Shown piece after piece: positions 31,310 to 40,222 of a DNA stretch of 64,000 nucleotides. Source of the DNA: Clostridia bacterium (GTDB taxonomy: Bacteria; Bacillota; Clostridia; Christensenellales; CAG-1252). The stretch is taken from assembly GCA_017444385.1 (NCBI GenBank), contig JAFSWQ010000013.1:60382-124381 (forward strand). Direction: 5' to 3'. Every line of letters starts with the position of its first letter. Position 1 is the stretch's first letter. A program made the position numbers and the translations under genes. The notes beneath the pieces are model-generated. The model was given only the letters and a program-made list of their open reading frames with translations. It made no database searches and was not told where the DNA came from.

Positions 31310-32227
31310 ATGATCTACGATATAATGATAATCGGTTCGGGTATGGCGGGAATGACCGCCGCCCTCTACGCAAAGAGAAATAACAAGAGCGTTTTACTCA
31401 TTGAAAAGGAATCCATAGGCGGTCAAATTGCGAGTTCTCCCAAGGTGGAAAACTATCCCACCATTCCCGCGATGAGCGGAATGGATCTATCCGCAAAAGT
31501 GTTCGAGCAGATAGAGGATTACGTCGAATTCGACCTCGATACCGTCGTGTCTCTCGTCAAAGAGGACGGCGTGTTTATCGCCAAGACCGAGTACGGCACC
31601 GAGCATCGCGCGCTCAGCGTTATTATCGCTAACGGCGTAAAACACCGCAAACTCAACCTGCCCAACGAAGAGAAGTTTTTGGGTAACGGCATAAGTTTTT
31701 GCGCGGTTTGCGACGGCGCGTTCTACAAGGGCGAGGACGTACTTTTGATAGGCGACGCAAATACCGCTTTACAATACGCGCTACTCTTATCCGACCTTTG
31801 CAAGAGCGTAAGAGTATGCACTTTGTTCGATAAATTCTTCGCCGACGAGATATACGTCAACGCGTTGAAGAATAGGGAAAACGTTACCGTAGTTCACAAC
31901 CTCGCTTCGATTAATTACTTGGGCGACGACGTTTTGACGGGCGTGGAATTCAAGAACACCCAAACGGGCGAGATCGTGAGATACGACTGCAAGGGCGTGT
32001 TCGTAGCGATAGGGCAAATACCCGACAACAAGGCGTTTGCCAACCTCGCCGACCTTGACAAAATGGGTTACTTCATCGCCGACGAAACCTGCCGCACGCG
32101 TACCGAAGGTTTGTTCGTAGCGGGCGATACGAGAACGAAATCCTATCGTCAACTTACTACGGCTGCCGCCGACGGAGCGAACGCCGCGCTTGCCGCTTGC
32201 GACTATATTCTTAAACTCAAAAAATGA
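31310..32227 (+). CDS. trxB: Thioredoxin reductase-like flavoprotein
   Basis: GSGMAG, GGQI, CAVCDG active site, FVAGD; NADPH-binding motifs altered. Confidence 0.88.
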   Translation: MIYDIMIIGSGMAGMTAALYAKRNNKSVLLIEKESIGGQIASSPKVENYPTIPAMSGMDLSAKVFEQIEDYVEFDLDTVVSLVKEDGVFIAKTEYGTEHRALSVIIANGVKHRKLNLPNEEKFLGNGISFCAVCDGAFYKGEDVLLIGDANTALQYALLLSDLCKSVRVCTLFDKFFADEIYVNALKNRENVTVVHNLASINYLGDDVLTGVEFKNTQTGEIVRYDCKGVFVAIGQIPDNKAFANLADLDKMGYFIADETCRTRTEGLFVAGDTRTKSYRQLTTAAADGANAALAACDYILKLKK

Positions 32228-32910
32228 AAATAGTCGGTTTTGAAAAACTCTCTTTAGTGGACTTCGACGGCTACACAGCCTGTACTCTTTTTACGGGCGG
32301 TTGTAATTTTCGATGTCCTTTTTGTCATAACGGCCCCCTCGTTATAGGCGTAGGACTTGAAGAGTATTCCGAGGAAGAGATCTTTTCCTATTTGAAAAAG
32401 AGGAAGGGCATACTCGAAGGCGTAGTGGTTACTGGCGGCGAGCCCACCCTTCAAAAAGACTTGGACGTCTATCTCAAAAAGATAAAGGATTTAGGCTACG
32501 CGGTCAAACTCGACAGCAACGGCACCGCGCCCGAGACTTTGAGAAGCCTTATCGAGAGAAAACTCGTCGACTATATCGCTATGGACGTGAAATCCTCGCC
32601 GAGCGGCTATCCTCTCGCTACCGGCGTACCTTTTAACGAAAACGTCCTAAAAAGCGTGGACTTGCTTTTGGAAGGCATGGTCGACTACGAATTCCGCACG
32701 ACTTTGGTAAAGGGGCTTATCACCGATTTAGACGTGGAGTATATGGCGAAGTGGTTAAAAGGCGCGAAGAAATTCGTCTTTCAAAGTTTCGTAGATAGAG
32801 AAGGTTGCCTTGAACACGGTCTTGAAAAGGTGGATAAAGCGACCGCATTACGCTACGTCGAGATAATGGAAAAAGAGGGTATTCCCGCTCGTTTGCGTAA
32901 TTACGACTGA
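32224..32910 (+). CDS. nrdG: Anaerobic RNR activating radical SAM protein
   Basis: CNFRCPFCHN, TGGEP, KLDSNG, YEFRTT; adjacent to nrdD. Confidence 0.92.
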   Translation: MKIVGFEKLSLVDFDGYTACTLFTGGCNFRCPFCHNGPLVIGVGLEEYSEEEIFSYLKKRKGILEGVVVTGGEPTLQKDLDVYLKKIKDLGYAVKLDSNGTAPETLRSLIERKLVDYIAMDVKSSPSGYPLATGVPFNENVLKSVDLLLEGMVDYEFRTTLVKGLITDLDVEYMAKWLKGAKKFVFQSFVDREGCLEHGLEKVDKATALRYVEIMEKEGIPARLRNYD

Positions 32911-32917
32911 TCGAGGG

Positions 32918-32946
32918 TTGACAAATCCTTAAAATAGGTATATAAA
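32918..32946 (+). promoter_or_regulatory. Sigma-A promoter, probably giving a leaderless mRNA
   Basis: TTGACA-17-TATAAA with the ATG 7 nt after the -10. Confidence 0.6.
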
Positions 32947-32952
32947 TATAAT

Positions 32953-33852
32953 ATGGCTAAATTTATTGAGAATTTCGTAAAGAATAACAACGATTTCGTC
33001 AATTCGGACGCAATGCTCGCTTACGTCGAGCCTTTTAACGTCGAGCGTATATTCGACGTCGGTTACTCGACTAATTCCCGTCTTACATTCGACCTCTATC
33101 GTCCCATATCTTATACGGGGCTTCTTCCCGTAATAATCGATATACACGGCGGCGGTTGGTACGGCGGAAGAAAGGAAAATAACAAAGCTTTCGCAATGGA
33201 ACTCGCGAAGAAAGGGTTCGCGGTGTTCGTTCCCGAATACACTTTGGTACCCGAAGCCGATCTTAAATTGGAATTGAGGGAACTTTGCTCTTTCTTGAAT
33301 TGGTACGAATTGCATTACTCCGAATACGATTGCGATATCAAAAAGACCTGTATATGCGGCGATTCGGCGGGCGGTCAACTTGCTTCTACGCTTTTGAATA
33401 TCACCCAAAACAAGAGGGTAGCCGAGTATTTCAACGTCAACGTTTCGTTGACTTTTTCGGGCGCTTGCTTTATCGGCGGCGTTTTGTATATGGGTAAGAT
33501 GGCGAGAAAACCCTTGATGGGTATGTATTTCAAAGCCATTTTAGGTAAAAAATATCGTTCGTCACGGATAACCGATTACGTTAATTTTTGCGACAACGTA
33601 GCCGTAGAATGCCCCCCTATTTATCTCGTCACTTCCGAGCAGGACTTTATGAAAAGCCATTCGATAAAGGCGGCTGCGGAATTGAAAGCGAAAGGCTTGA
33701 AATGCGAATTGATGAATTGGGCGAGGCCGCAAGACAAAAAGCATAAACTCGTCCACGTATTCAATATACTGTACCCCACGTTCAACGAATCCGCGGTCAC
33801 GAACACGTCGATCACGACCTTCTTCGCCGCGTGCGTAAGTGATAAAAAGTGA
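32953..33852 (+). CDS. Alpha/beta hydrolase (HSL-like esterase/lipase)
   Basis: HGGGW oxyanion motif, GDSAGG nucleophile elbow, C-terminal HVF. Confidence 0.9.
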   Translation: MAKFIENFVKNNNDFVNSDAMLAYVEPFNVERIFDVGYSTNSRLTFDLYRPISYTGLLPVIIDIHGGGWYGGRKENNKAFAMELAKKGFAVFVPEYTLVPEADLKLELRELCSFLNWYELHYSEYDCDIKKTCICGDSAGGQLASTLLNITQNKRVAEYFNVNVSLTFSGACFIGGVLYMGKMARKPLMGMYFKAILGKKYRSSRITDYVNFCDNVAVECPPIYLVTSEQDFMKSHSIKAAAELKAKGLKCELMNWARPQDKKHKLVHVFNILYPTFNESAVTNTSITTFFAACVSDKK

Positions 33853-35330
33853 AAAAAGAAAGCAAATACGATCTCATCATAATAGGCGCGGGGAGCGGAT
33901 CCCTTGCGGCTGCCGTTAAATGCGCCACCGAAGGCAAAAAGGTTTTACTCGTCGAAAGCGGGAACAAAGTCGGCGGGTATAACGCCGCCGTGCGCGCGGG
34001 GCGCTATCTTTTCGACCCCGATTTCAAAGGCATTCCCGCCGAATTTTTGGGCGTAAGGCTAGAAGACCGCCTCAAAGAGTTGGGCGCGGACGTCCCCTAT
34101 ACCGTGAACGAGATCGTATTGAGGCTTTTAGTTACCGACGGAATGCCGAGGGAATACATTTTGCCCGTAGGTTTCGAGGCGTTCAAAAACAAAGTTAACG
34201 ATTATTGCCCGGAAAGCGAGGAGTCGACCTCTAAATTTTTCGCGCTCGTCGAGCAAACGGTAGAGGGTGTAAAAGCCCTCGTTTACGGCGCTACCCGCGA
34301 GAAGATAAAAAAGGACTATCCCGATTACGTTCGCGCGTCCGCTTACACTTTGGACGAGGTGGAAGAAACTCTCGATATGCCGTTGAGGGCGAGAGAGGTA
34401 ATTAACGGTTTTTGGTTTTATTTGGGGCTTACCCCCGATAAACTCGACTTCGCAACCTACGCGCTTTACCTCTACACCTACGTTTCGGGGGGCGTGTTCA
34501 AACCCGATCTCGGTAGAATCGACGTCGATTACGCTTATCTTAAAGCGTTCAGGGAAAAGGGCGGAGTCGCGCTTTTCAATACCTCGGTAGAAAAAATAAT
34601 ACTCAAAGACGGACGCGCTTATGCTGTCGTTACGGACGACGGCTTTATTAATTACGCGCCCGAAATCATTACCGATCTTCCCGACGTAGAGGTCTATAAT
34701 TCGTTATTGACTTTGGATTCGGTGGCGGAAAACGCGCGTCGTATTATTAATACGGAAAAACACGCCGCCTCGGTAGTCACTCTTTGTTTGGGTTTGGATC
34801 GATCCTTCGACGAGTTAGGTTTGGACGTAGCGCCAACCGTGGTTTTACCTTCTTCCGATTATTCCTCTCTCAACGATCGCCGCAAAGATTGGCGGGATAT
34901 AACCGCTATGTCCGTCGAGCCTCGCGAAGAGGGCGGAAAATATATATTGAAATTGACCGCCGTTTACGAGGAAGATACTTTAACGTGTATAACCATAGAT
35001 AACAAAAAGAAGCAAGAGGCCGCCATTGCCGAGCGGCTCATAAAGAGATTTGAAAAGGTCTTCGGTATCAGTATAAGGAAGAATATAGACGGATACGTCG
35101 TTTTCTCGCCTTTGCACTACGCGCACACCGTTTCCGAGTACGGCGGCTCGCCTTTGGGGCTTGAACCCACGTCGCAAAACTCGGTTTACGTTAGGTGGAA
35201 TAGAAGGAAATTGGCGGATTACCCCGTCGGGCTCGAATGCGTCGGCGTAAACGGTTTGATAAACTGTTTCGGCGCGGATTATCTCTCTGCGCCTATGGCG
35301 ATGAACGCATTTTGGAGGGTTGAAAAATGA
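33849..35330 (+). CDS. Phytoene dehydrogenase/retinol saturase-like FAD oxidoreductase
   Basis: GAGSGSL..E....GG...GRYLFD Rossmann start; C-terminal SP...GGSPLG region; GTG start overlaps the upstream stop. Confidence 0.7.
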   Translation: MKKESKYDLIIIGAGSGSLAAAVKCATEGKKVLLVESGNKVGGYNAAVRAGRYLFDPDFKGIPAEFLGVRLEDRLKELGADVPYTVNEIVLRLLVTDGMPREYILPVGFEAFKNKVNDYCPESEESTSKFFALVEQTVEGVKALVYGATREKIKKDYPDYVRASAYTLDEVEETLDMPLRAREVINGFWFYLGLTPDKLDFATYALYLYTYVSGGVFKPDLGRIDVDYAYLKAFREKGGVALFNTSVEKIILKDGRAYAVVTDDGFINYAPEIITDLPDVEVYNSLLTLDSVAENARRIINTEKHAASVVTLCLGLDRSFDELGLDVAPTVVLPSSDYSSLNDRRKDWRDITAMSVEPREEGGKYILKLTAVYEEDTLTCITIDNKKKQEAAIAERLIKRFEKVFGISIRKNIDGYVVFSPLHYAHTVSEYGGSPLGLEPTSQNSVYVRWNRRKLADYPVGLECVGVNGLINCFGADYLSAPMAMNAFWRVEK

Positions 35331-36508
35331 GCGACGATATCTTTAAGAAACGAGGTTACGGCGGCGACTTCCGCGCGGTGAAAAAACTTGAAAAAGCCGA
35401 GGAATTGATCGATAACTACAATTTCAAAAGTATTCGCAGTTATTTTGGCGAGATGAATTTCCGTGACGATCTCGATATGATGGACGTCGTAGTCACCGAT
35501 ATCGAGCCTTTTTCCGAAAACGTAAAGAGATATCGTTTGGAACCTCAAAACTATGAACTTCCTCTATTTGAAGCGGGGCAAAGCCTCTGCGTGTATATGC
35601 GGATAAACGGCGGAAGATTTTTGAAGCCTCTCGCGGTTTGTTCTTCCCCTAATCATCGTTATTACAGCGTAATAGTATTCAGGGACGACTTCGTAAGCGA
35701 TAGAATGCTCGACGATTGGGTAGTCGGTAGCGAAGTCACTATAACCCGCCCGAGAGGTAATTTCACCTATCACCCCCTTCGCGACGAGAAAAAGGTCTTG
35801 GGCTTCGTCGACGGGATAGGCATATCTCATTTTATTTCTATGGCGGAAACCATTATAGAAGGGGAAGAGAACTTCGAACTTTTCGTCGTTTACGTCGCCG
35901 ATTATTACAAAGATATAATCTTCTCGAGTTATCTTAATTGGTTGGAAAAGAATTCGAACGGCAAAGTGAAATTCTGCTATCTTTTGGGGGAAGAATCGCG
36001 CGTCGGTTGTCGCCACGGCAACGTCACGTCCTCTTTGATAAAGTCGCTTTTAGCTCCGCCTTATTCGGTGTTTGCTTCGGGTAGTAACGAATTGATAGAT
36101 AGGCTTAACTTACACCTCGCCAAATTGGGTATTAGCGATAGTGATATCCATATGCGAAGACCTTTCGTTTACGCCACGCCCGAAGATCTTTCGGGTAAGC
36201 CGTATGCAAAACTCAAACCCTTTACGATAACCGTAAAATCCGCCGATATAACCTATCCGCCCATCGAAATAGAGAAGGGGGATACGTTGATGGTCGCGAT
36301 GGAAAAAGCGGGGTTGAACGTCCCCGGCAAGTGTATGAACGGCGGATGCGGCGTATGCCGAAGCCGTTTGCTTGAAGGCAAAGTCGAGTTAATGGCAGGC
36401 GAAGACTGGAAGCCGGTGGAAGAGAAGTATTCGGTTATCCACCCCTGCGTATGCTATCCTCTCACCGACGTCACGATAGAGATCCCCATAAAACGCGACG
36501 AGATTTGA
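35327..36508 (+). CDS. Ferredoxin-NAD(P) reductase-type protein with C-terminal [2Fe-2S] domain
   Basis: FEAGQ, PRGNF, GIGISHF; CMNGGCGVC...C. Confidence 0.8.
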   Translation: MSDDIFKKRGYGGDFRAVKKLEKAEELIDNYNFKSIRSYFGEMNFRDDLDMMDVVVTDIEPFSENVKRYRLEPQNYELPLFEAGQSLCVYMRINGGRFLKPLAVCSSPNHRYYSVIVFRDDFVSDRMLDDWVVGSEVTITRPRGNFTYHPLRDEKKVLGFVDGIGISHFISMAETIIEGEENFELFVVYVADYYKDIIFSSYLNWLEKNSNGKVKFCYLLGEESRVGCRHGNVTSSLIKSLLAPPYSVFASGSNELIDRLNLHLAKLGISDSDIHMRRPFVYATPEDLSGKPYAKLKPFTITVKSADITYPPIEIEKGDTLMVAMEKAGLNVPGKCMNGGCGVCRSRLLEGKVELMAGEDWKPVEEKYSVIHPCVCYPLTDVTIEIPIKRDEI

Positions 36509-36570
36509 GCGTTAACGTTTTTGTGTCCTCGCTATGTGAAGTATCCACGAACGAGAAAGACTTTTTTATA

Positions 36571-36599
36571 CGTCATGTTTCGACAAGCTCAACGTGACG
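36571..36599. repeat. CGTC REP-like unit
   Basis: CGTCATGTTTCGACAAGCTCAACGTGACG. Confidence 0.7.
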
Positions 36600-36620
36600 A
36601 ATAAAACAATGGTAATGAAA

Positions 36621-36777
36621 TAATACCCCGCCTTGTTCCTACCTCTTAACGTTAAATCGAATTGGTAAAAATGCGGTTGTCGAATACCCCCCGTCTTATT
36701 GCCCACTTAAACCGTTAGAGGACGTCATAACCTCAGGTGAAGACCGCCCCGCCGCCTTATTCCTACCGCTTAAACCC
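36621..36777. repeat. Three degenerate direct repeats with ~62-bp period
   Basis: CCGCCTTGTTCCTACCTCTTAA (36628), CCGTCTTATTGCCCACTTAA (36691), CCGCCTTATTCCTACCGCTTAA (36752). Confidence 0.6.
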
Positions 36778-36893
36778 TCAAATCTTCATATTTAGTTTCC
36801 ACTTTTTATTAAGTTTTCCGTAAAATCGGATTTTTTGATAAAAATCATTGCATATTTTTTTCGTTTAGTTTATAATAACGCAAGAGGCAGAGT

Positions 36894-37334
36894 ATGATAG
36901 AAGTATTGTTAAGTCTCAACTTAATATACACTTTGTTGCTTTATAGGAACGGCAGAAAGCAAGCTGCCGGCCTTTCCATACTCTTCGTGCTGCTCACCGC
37001 CTCTTTGTATTTTGCGAATTTCTTCCTTGACGAGTTCTCGAAATATATTATCAACGAATACGGTTTCGACGGCTATTTGAAAGCCGTTTCCTATATCGAA
37101 ATTATTACGGACGTGGATTCTTTGCCTGCGGCTATGTATATGCTGATGATGTTCTCGAATATCCTCAACTTTATATTTACCTTGCAGGTCACCGTTTTGG
37201 TTGCGTTTATGCGCGCCCGTCCCTATAAAATCGACGAAGTGGAATACCTTTTCTATTCGTCCGTTGAAAATGATACGCCCGTAGTTATCGGGTATTCTTT
37301 CCGTTCCGCAACTCTCGCCCATTTAAGAATTTGA
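36894..37334 (+). CDS. Small membrane protein
   Basis: TTGCAT-17-TATAAT-like promoter and AGAGG SD; about three hydrophobic segments. Confidence 0.6.
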   Translation: MIEVLLSLNLIYTLLLYRNGRKQAAGLSILFVLLTASLYFANFFLDEFSKYIINEYGFDGYLKAVSYIEIITDVDSLPAAMYMLMMFSNILNFIFTLQVTVLVAFMRARPYKIDEVEYLFYSSVENDTPVVIGYSFRSATLAHLRI

Positions 37335-37497
37335 GAAGGACGAGGGCGCGTTATGATGCGGATCGCGACGTTTTCCCTCTTTTAATTTTTAATATAATAA
37401 ACTCATAAGCGACTATTTGTCGCGACTTTACGCGTATTTTTTCGCGTTCAAAAAATAAACAAAATTACAATATTTATTATAAAAGGAGATTATAAAA

Positions 37498-38007
37498 ATG
37501 AAAAAATTAAACAAAAAAGGTTTCACCATCGTTGAATTAGTTATCGTTATCGCCGTTATCGGTATTTTGGCAGGCGTACTTATCCCTACCTTCACCATCG
37601 TAGTTCGTAAAGCTAACGAATCCGCGGCTATCCAAGCCCTCGACAGCGCAAGAAAAGAACTTCTCACCATTGTTGACGCTACCGCTGACGACTTCGCAGA
37701 TGTTGATACTAATTACGCTTATCAATACACCGTAGATAAGAAAGGTCAAAACATTAAAGAACTTGCCGGTTACTATCAATTTGTTGGTGGCGAATGGAAA
37801 CAAGTAGCTGCACCCGCTGCCGATAAAGAGGCTTGGGAATACACCAAAGTTGATGCATTCATCACCGGAACTACTACCTACTATACCGATAAGAGCGGCG
37901 CTACCACTACTATCGCTGATGCTGATGCTTTTGATGCTTACGAAGGAACTTTGTACACCCGCGCTCAAATCAACATCAACGGCGTTTTGGTTTACAAAAT
38001 TGCATAA
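37498..38007 (+). CDS. Type IV major pilin candidate
   Basis: Class III signal KKG|FTIVELVIVIAVIGILAGVLIP; strong AGGAG SD; codon usage consistent with high expression. Confidence 0.9.
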   Translation: MKKLNKKGFTIVELVIVIAVIGILAGVLIPTFTIVVRKANESAAIQALDSARKELLTIVDATADDFADVDTNYAYQYTVDKKGQNIKELAGYYQFVGGEWKQVAAPAADKEAWEYTKVDAFITGTTTYYTDKSGATTTIADADAFDAYEGTLYTRAQININGVLVYKIA

Positions 38008-38056
38008 TTTGCACTGAATAAACAATAATTCAGACTCGTAAACTCTAATCTATTTT

Positions 38057-38133
38057 TCGGGGCGTACCCGCATCTACGCCCCGAGCAATTAAGTTACGGC
38101 TCAATCTCTCGTTACGCGTGGATTGAGCCGTAA
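38057..38133 (+). terminator. Two strong hairpins after the pilin gene
   Basis: TCGGGGCGTA/TACGCCCCGA and TTACGGCTCAATC/GATTGAGCCGTAA. Confidence 0.55.
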
Positions 38134-38158
38134 TCATTATGTAAGCCATTAATAAGCA

Positions 38159-38516
38159 CGTCGTGAGAGGGAAAAACCCGAGCGAAGCGAGGCTCGAACA
38201 AACGCTTGCGTTTGTGAGAAAGAGGAATAGGCAAGCAACAACGAAACCATCGTTAGATGGTGAGTAAAAGCGCAGCCTATGACGAGTCGAGGAATCCCCT
38301 AACCAAGCGTAATTACTTATCAGGTTTGGTCATGCGGAAGAGATGTTTCGACTACGAGGGTTCGTCTCGACTTTCGCTTTTATTCGTTGACAAAGAATTG
38401 TCAACTTCACTTATGCTCGGTCGTTCCTCTTTCTCGAAAACCTTTTGGGTTTTCTCGAACGCTCACTGCGTTCGTGTAAGAATACAAGCAAGTCATTCCG
38501 AGCAACGGGGAATGCC
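38159..38516. repeat. Composite palindromic element built from expanded REP units
   Basis: A-type end GTCGAGGAATCCCCTA, B-type GAGATGTTTCGACTACG, inverted GAGAAAGAGGAA/TTCCTCTTTCTC arms. Confidence 0.6.
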
Positions 38517-38618
38517 GAAAACCTAAAAAACACATCGACTTGAAATTTGTTTACAAATTTCAACAAATATTTTACTATAAGTATAGTAAAAACCCTTATT
38601 TTATTATATAATAATACT

Positions 38619-39065
38619 ATGTCAAAGAGTAATAAAGGCTTCACGTTAGTAGAATTGATCGTGACGATCGCCGTTACCGCCATCGTAACCACGTTGGCGA
38701 CGCTTTTCGCCATCTCTACCGTGAAGAGCTTCCGCACCGAGAAAAAGAAGAGCGACGCCATCTACAACGTAAAGGACGTTCACGACTTCGTTTCGGATTG
38801 GATATCTTTATTCGACTCTTCAGATTATACGTTGGAAAGCGTTACGGAATCTCAAATAACCGTCAAGAAAACCTTGAACGACGATCTTTACACTTTGACT
38901 TATGCCGATAAGAGCATAATCGCTCAAACGCTTACGGACGAAAAAATTTACCCTATACCCGACGTTGATACGGTAAGTTTCCATCAAAAAGACAACGCTA
39001 TAAAGGTCGAAGTCACTTTCCAAGATGAAAGTACCGCCTTTATCGTATATAGAAAAACCCAATAG
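38619..39065 (+). CDS. Minor pilin (prepilin-type N-terminus)
   Basis: NKG|FTLVELIVTIAV. Confidence 0.85.
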   Translation: MSKSNKGFTLVELIVTIAVTAIVTTLATLFAISTVKSFRTEKKKSDAIYNVKDVHDFVSDWISLFDSSDYTLESVTESQITVKKTLNDDLYTLTYADKSIIAQTLTDEKIYPIPDVDTVSFHQKDNAIKVEVTFQDESTAFIVYRKTQ

Positions 39066-39073
39066 GAGTGTAT

Positions 39074-40222
39074 ATGCAAGCCGAACTCAATAGCCTTAAA
39101 AATATAGTTATCGGTTTCGATCCCATCGCTTCCACCGTCCGCGTATTCCGCGTTAACTCGTCTTTGAACGACGCGGTGTGCAACGATATCAAGGTGGATA
39201 AAAACCTGTTTTTGCGCGGCGAATACGGCGAAGCGTTACGCAACGCTTTGTCTTACTACGTCAAGAACATAGCCGATATACCCTCGGCGTTCATCGTTTT
39301 GCCCAATTCGTTGGTTGCGAGCGATTACGTGGAATTGCCCAAAATGAACAAAAAGAAGATACTCGAATCCTTACGCGCCGAGATCGTCAAATTGTACGCA
39401 AACAGTATGAACCTCAACGTGCTTACCGCTCAAGTGGACGATAAGGGCGAGGAAAACGCCTTGTTCTTCGTTACGATGGGCAATATGTTGTTCATCAACG
39501 ACGTCAGCACGGGGCTTGCTAAAGTTTCCGTGCAACCGAGAGCGTTTACCTATTCCGCGCCTTGCTCGCTGAACGCATTGCTCGAAACGCGTAGCAATTT
39601 GAGGAACAAGACCTTCCTTTTCGCGGACGTGAGAGCCGCAAGCACCATATTGACTGTGTGCAGTAATTCGACGATAAGGTGCTATCTCGACCTGCCTTTC
39701 GGTTTTAACGTTTTGCGTACCGATATCATTTATCCCGAAAACTCGCTCATAGATAACGGCGACGCCGAAGAGACGGTTGACGCCGCAGTGGTAAAGGCTT
39801 CGGGCGGTAAGAAAGCGAAGACCTACGATAAGGCGAACTATCTCGAAGACTACACTTTGAACGAAAGCGAGAGGGAAAAGAAGAAACTCGAATTTTACGA
39901 CTCGCTCATTCCCGAGGGGTTGAAGACGAAAGTAACGGGGGAAGAGTTGGACGTATTATACGCGAACTTCGCTTTATTCGAGAAGAATATCGACTTGTTC
40001 GTGGAAAGCAACTCGAATTCCTCTTACATTCCCAAAATAGAATCGGTGATAATCAATTTACCCGAGGAATTCTACTGCCTTAAAGATTTCGTAGCAGAGA
40101 GCGGCAAGAAGATCCCCTACGAATTCTTGGACAACAAAAACAAAAACAGAGCGTACGTATTGAACTTCGATCTTTACGGCGCGACTCTTATAAGAAAATT
40201 CAATACGGAACAGGTGTTTTAA
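39074..40222 (+). CDS. Divergent PilM-like pilus assembly protein
   Basis: Position in the T4P cluster; N-terminal IGFD, LPKMNKKKI, FADVRAAST resembling an actin-like fold. Confidence 0.55.
   Translation: MQAELNSLKNIVIGFDPIASTVRVFRVNSSLNDAVCNDIKVDKNLFLRGEYGEALRNALSYYVKNIADIPSAFIVLPNSLVASDYVELPKMNKKKILESLRAEIVKLYANSMNLNVLTAQVDDKGEENALFFVTMGNMLFINDVSTGLAKVSVQPRAFTYSAPCSLNALLETRSNLRNKTFLFADVRAASTILTVCSNSTIRCYLDLPFGFNVLRTDIIYPENSLIDNGDAEETVDAAVVKASGGKKAKTYDKANYLEDYTLNESEREKKKLEFYDSLIPEGLKTKVTGEELDVLYANFALFEKNIDLFVESNSNSSYIPKIESVIINLPEEFYCLKDFVAESGKKIPYEFLDNKNKNRAYVLNFDLYGATLIRKFNTEQVF

Noticed and set aside
36621-36777. Bona fide CRISPR array
   Set aside because: Only three imperfect, non-palindromic repeats and no cas genes; kept only as a low-confidence repeat
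37335-37497. c-di-GMP riboswitch upstream of the pilin
   Set aside because: No class I (GCAAA...GAAA...GCAAAG) or class II consensus visible
37800-38133. Diversity-generating retroelement target (pilin 3' end plus hairpins)
   Set aside because: No template repeat or reverse transcriptase in the window
38257-38526. 89-aa ORF after the pilin (likewise 44739..45236)
   Set aside because: Reads through palindromic repeat DNA and shows no coding signal
38547-38567. Rex operator TTGTT...AACAA
   Set aside because: Half-sites are 10 bp apart rather than the 8 bp of the 18-bp Rex box
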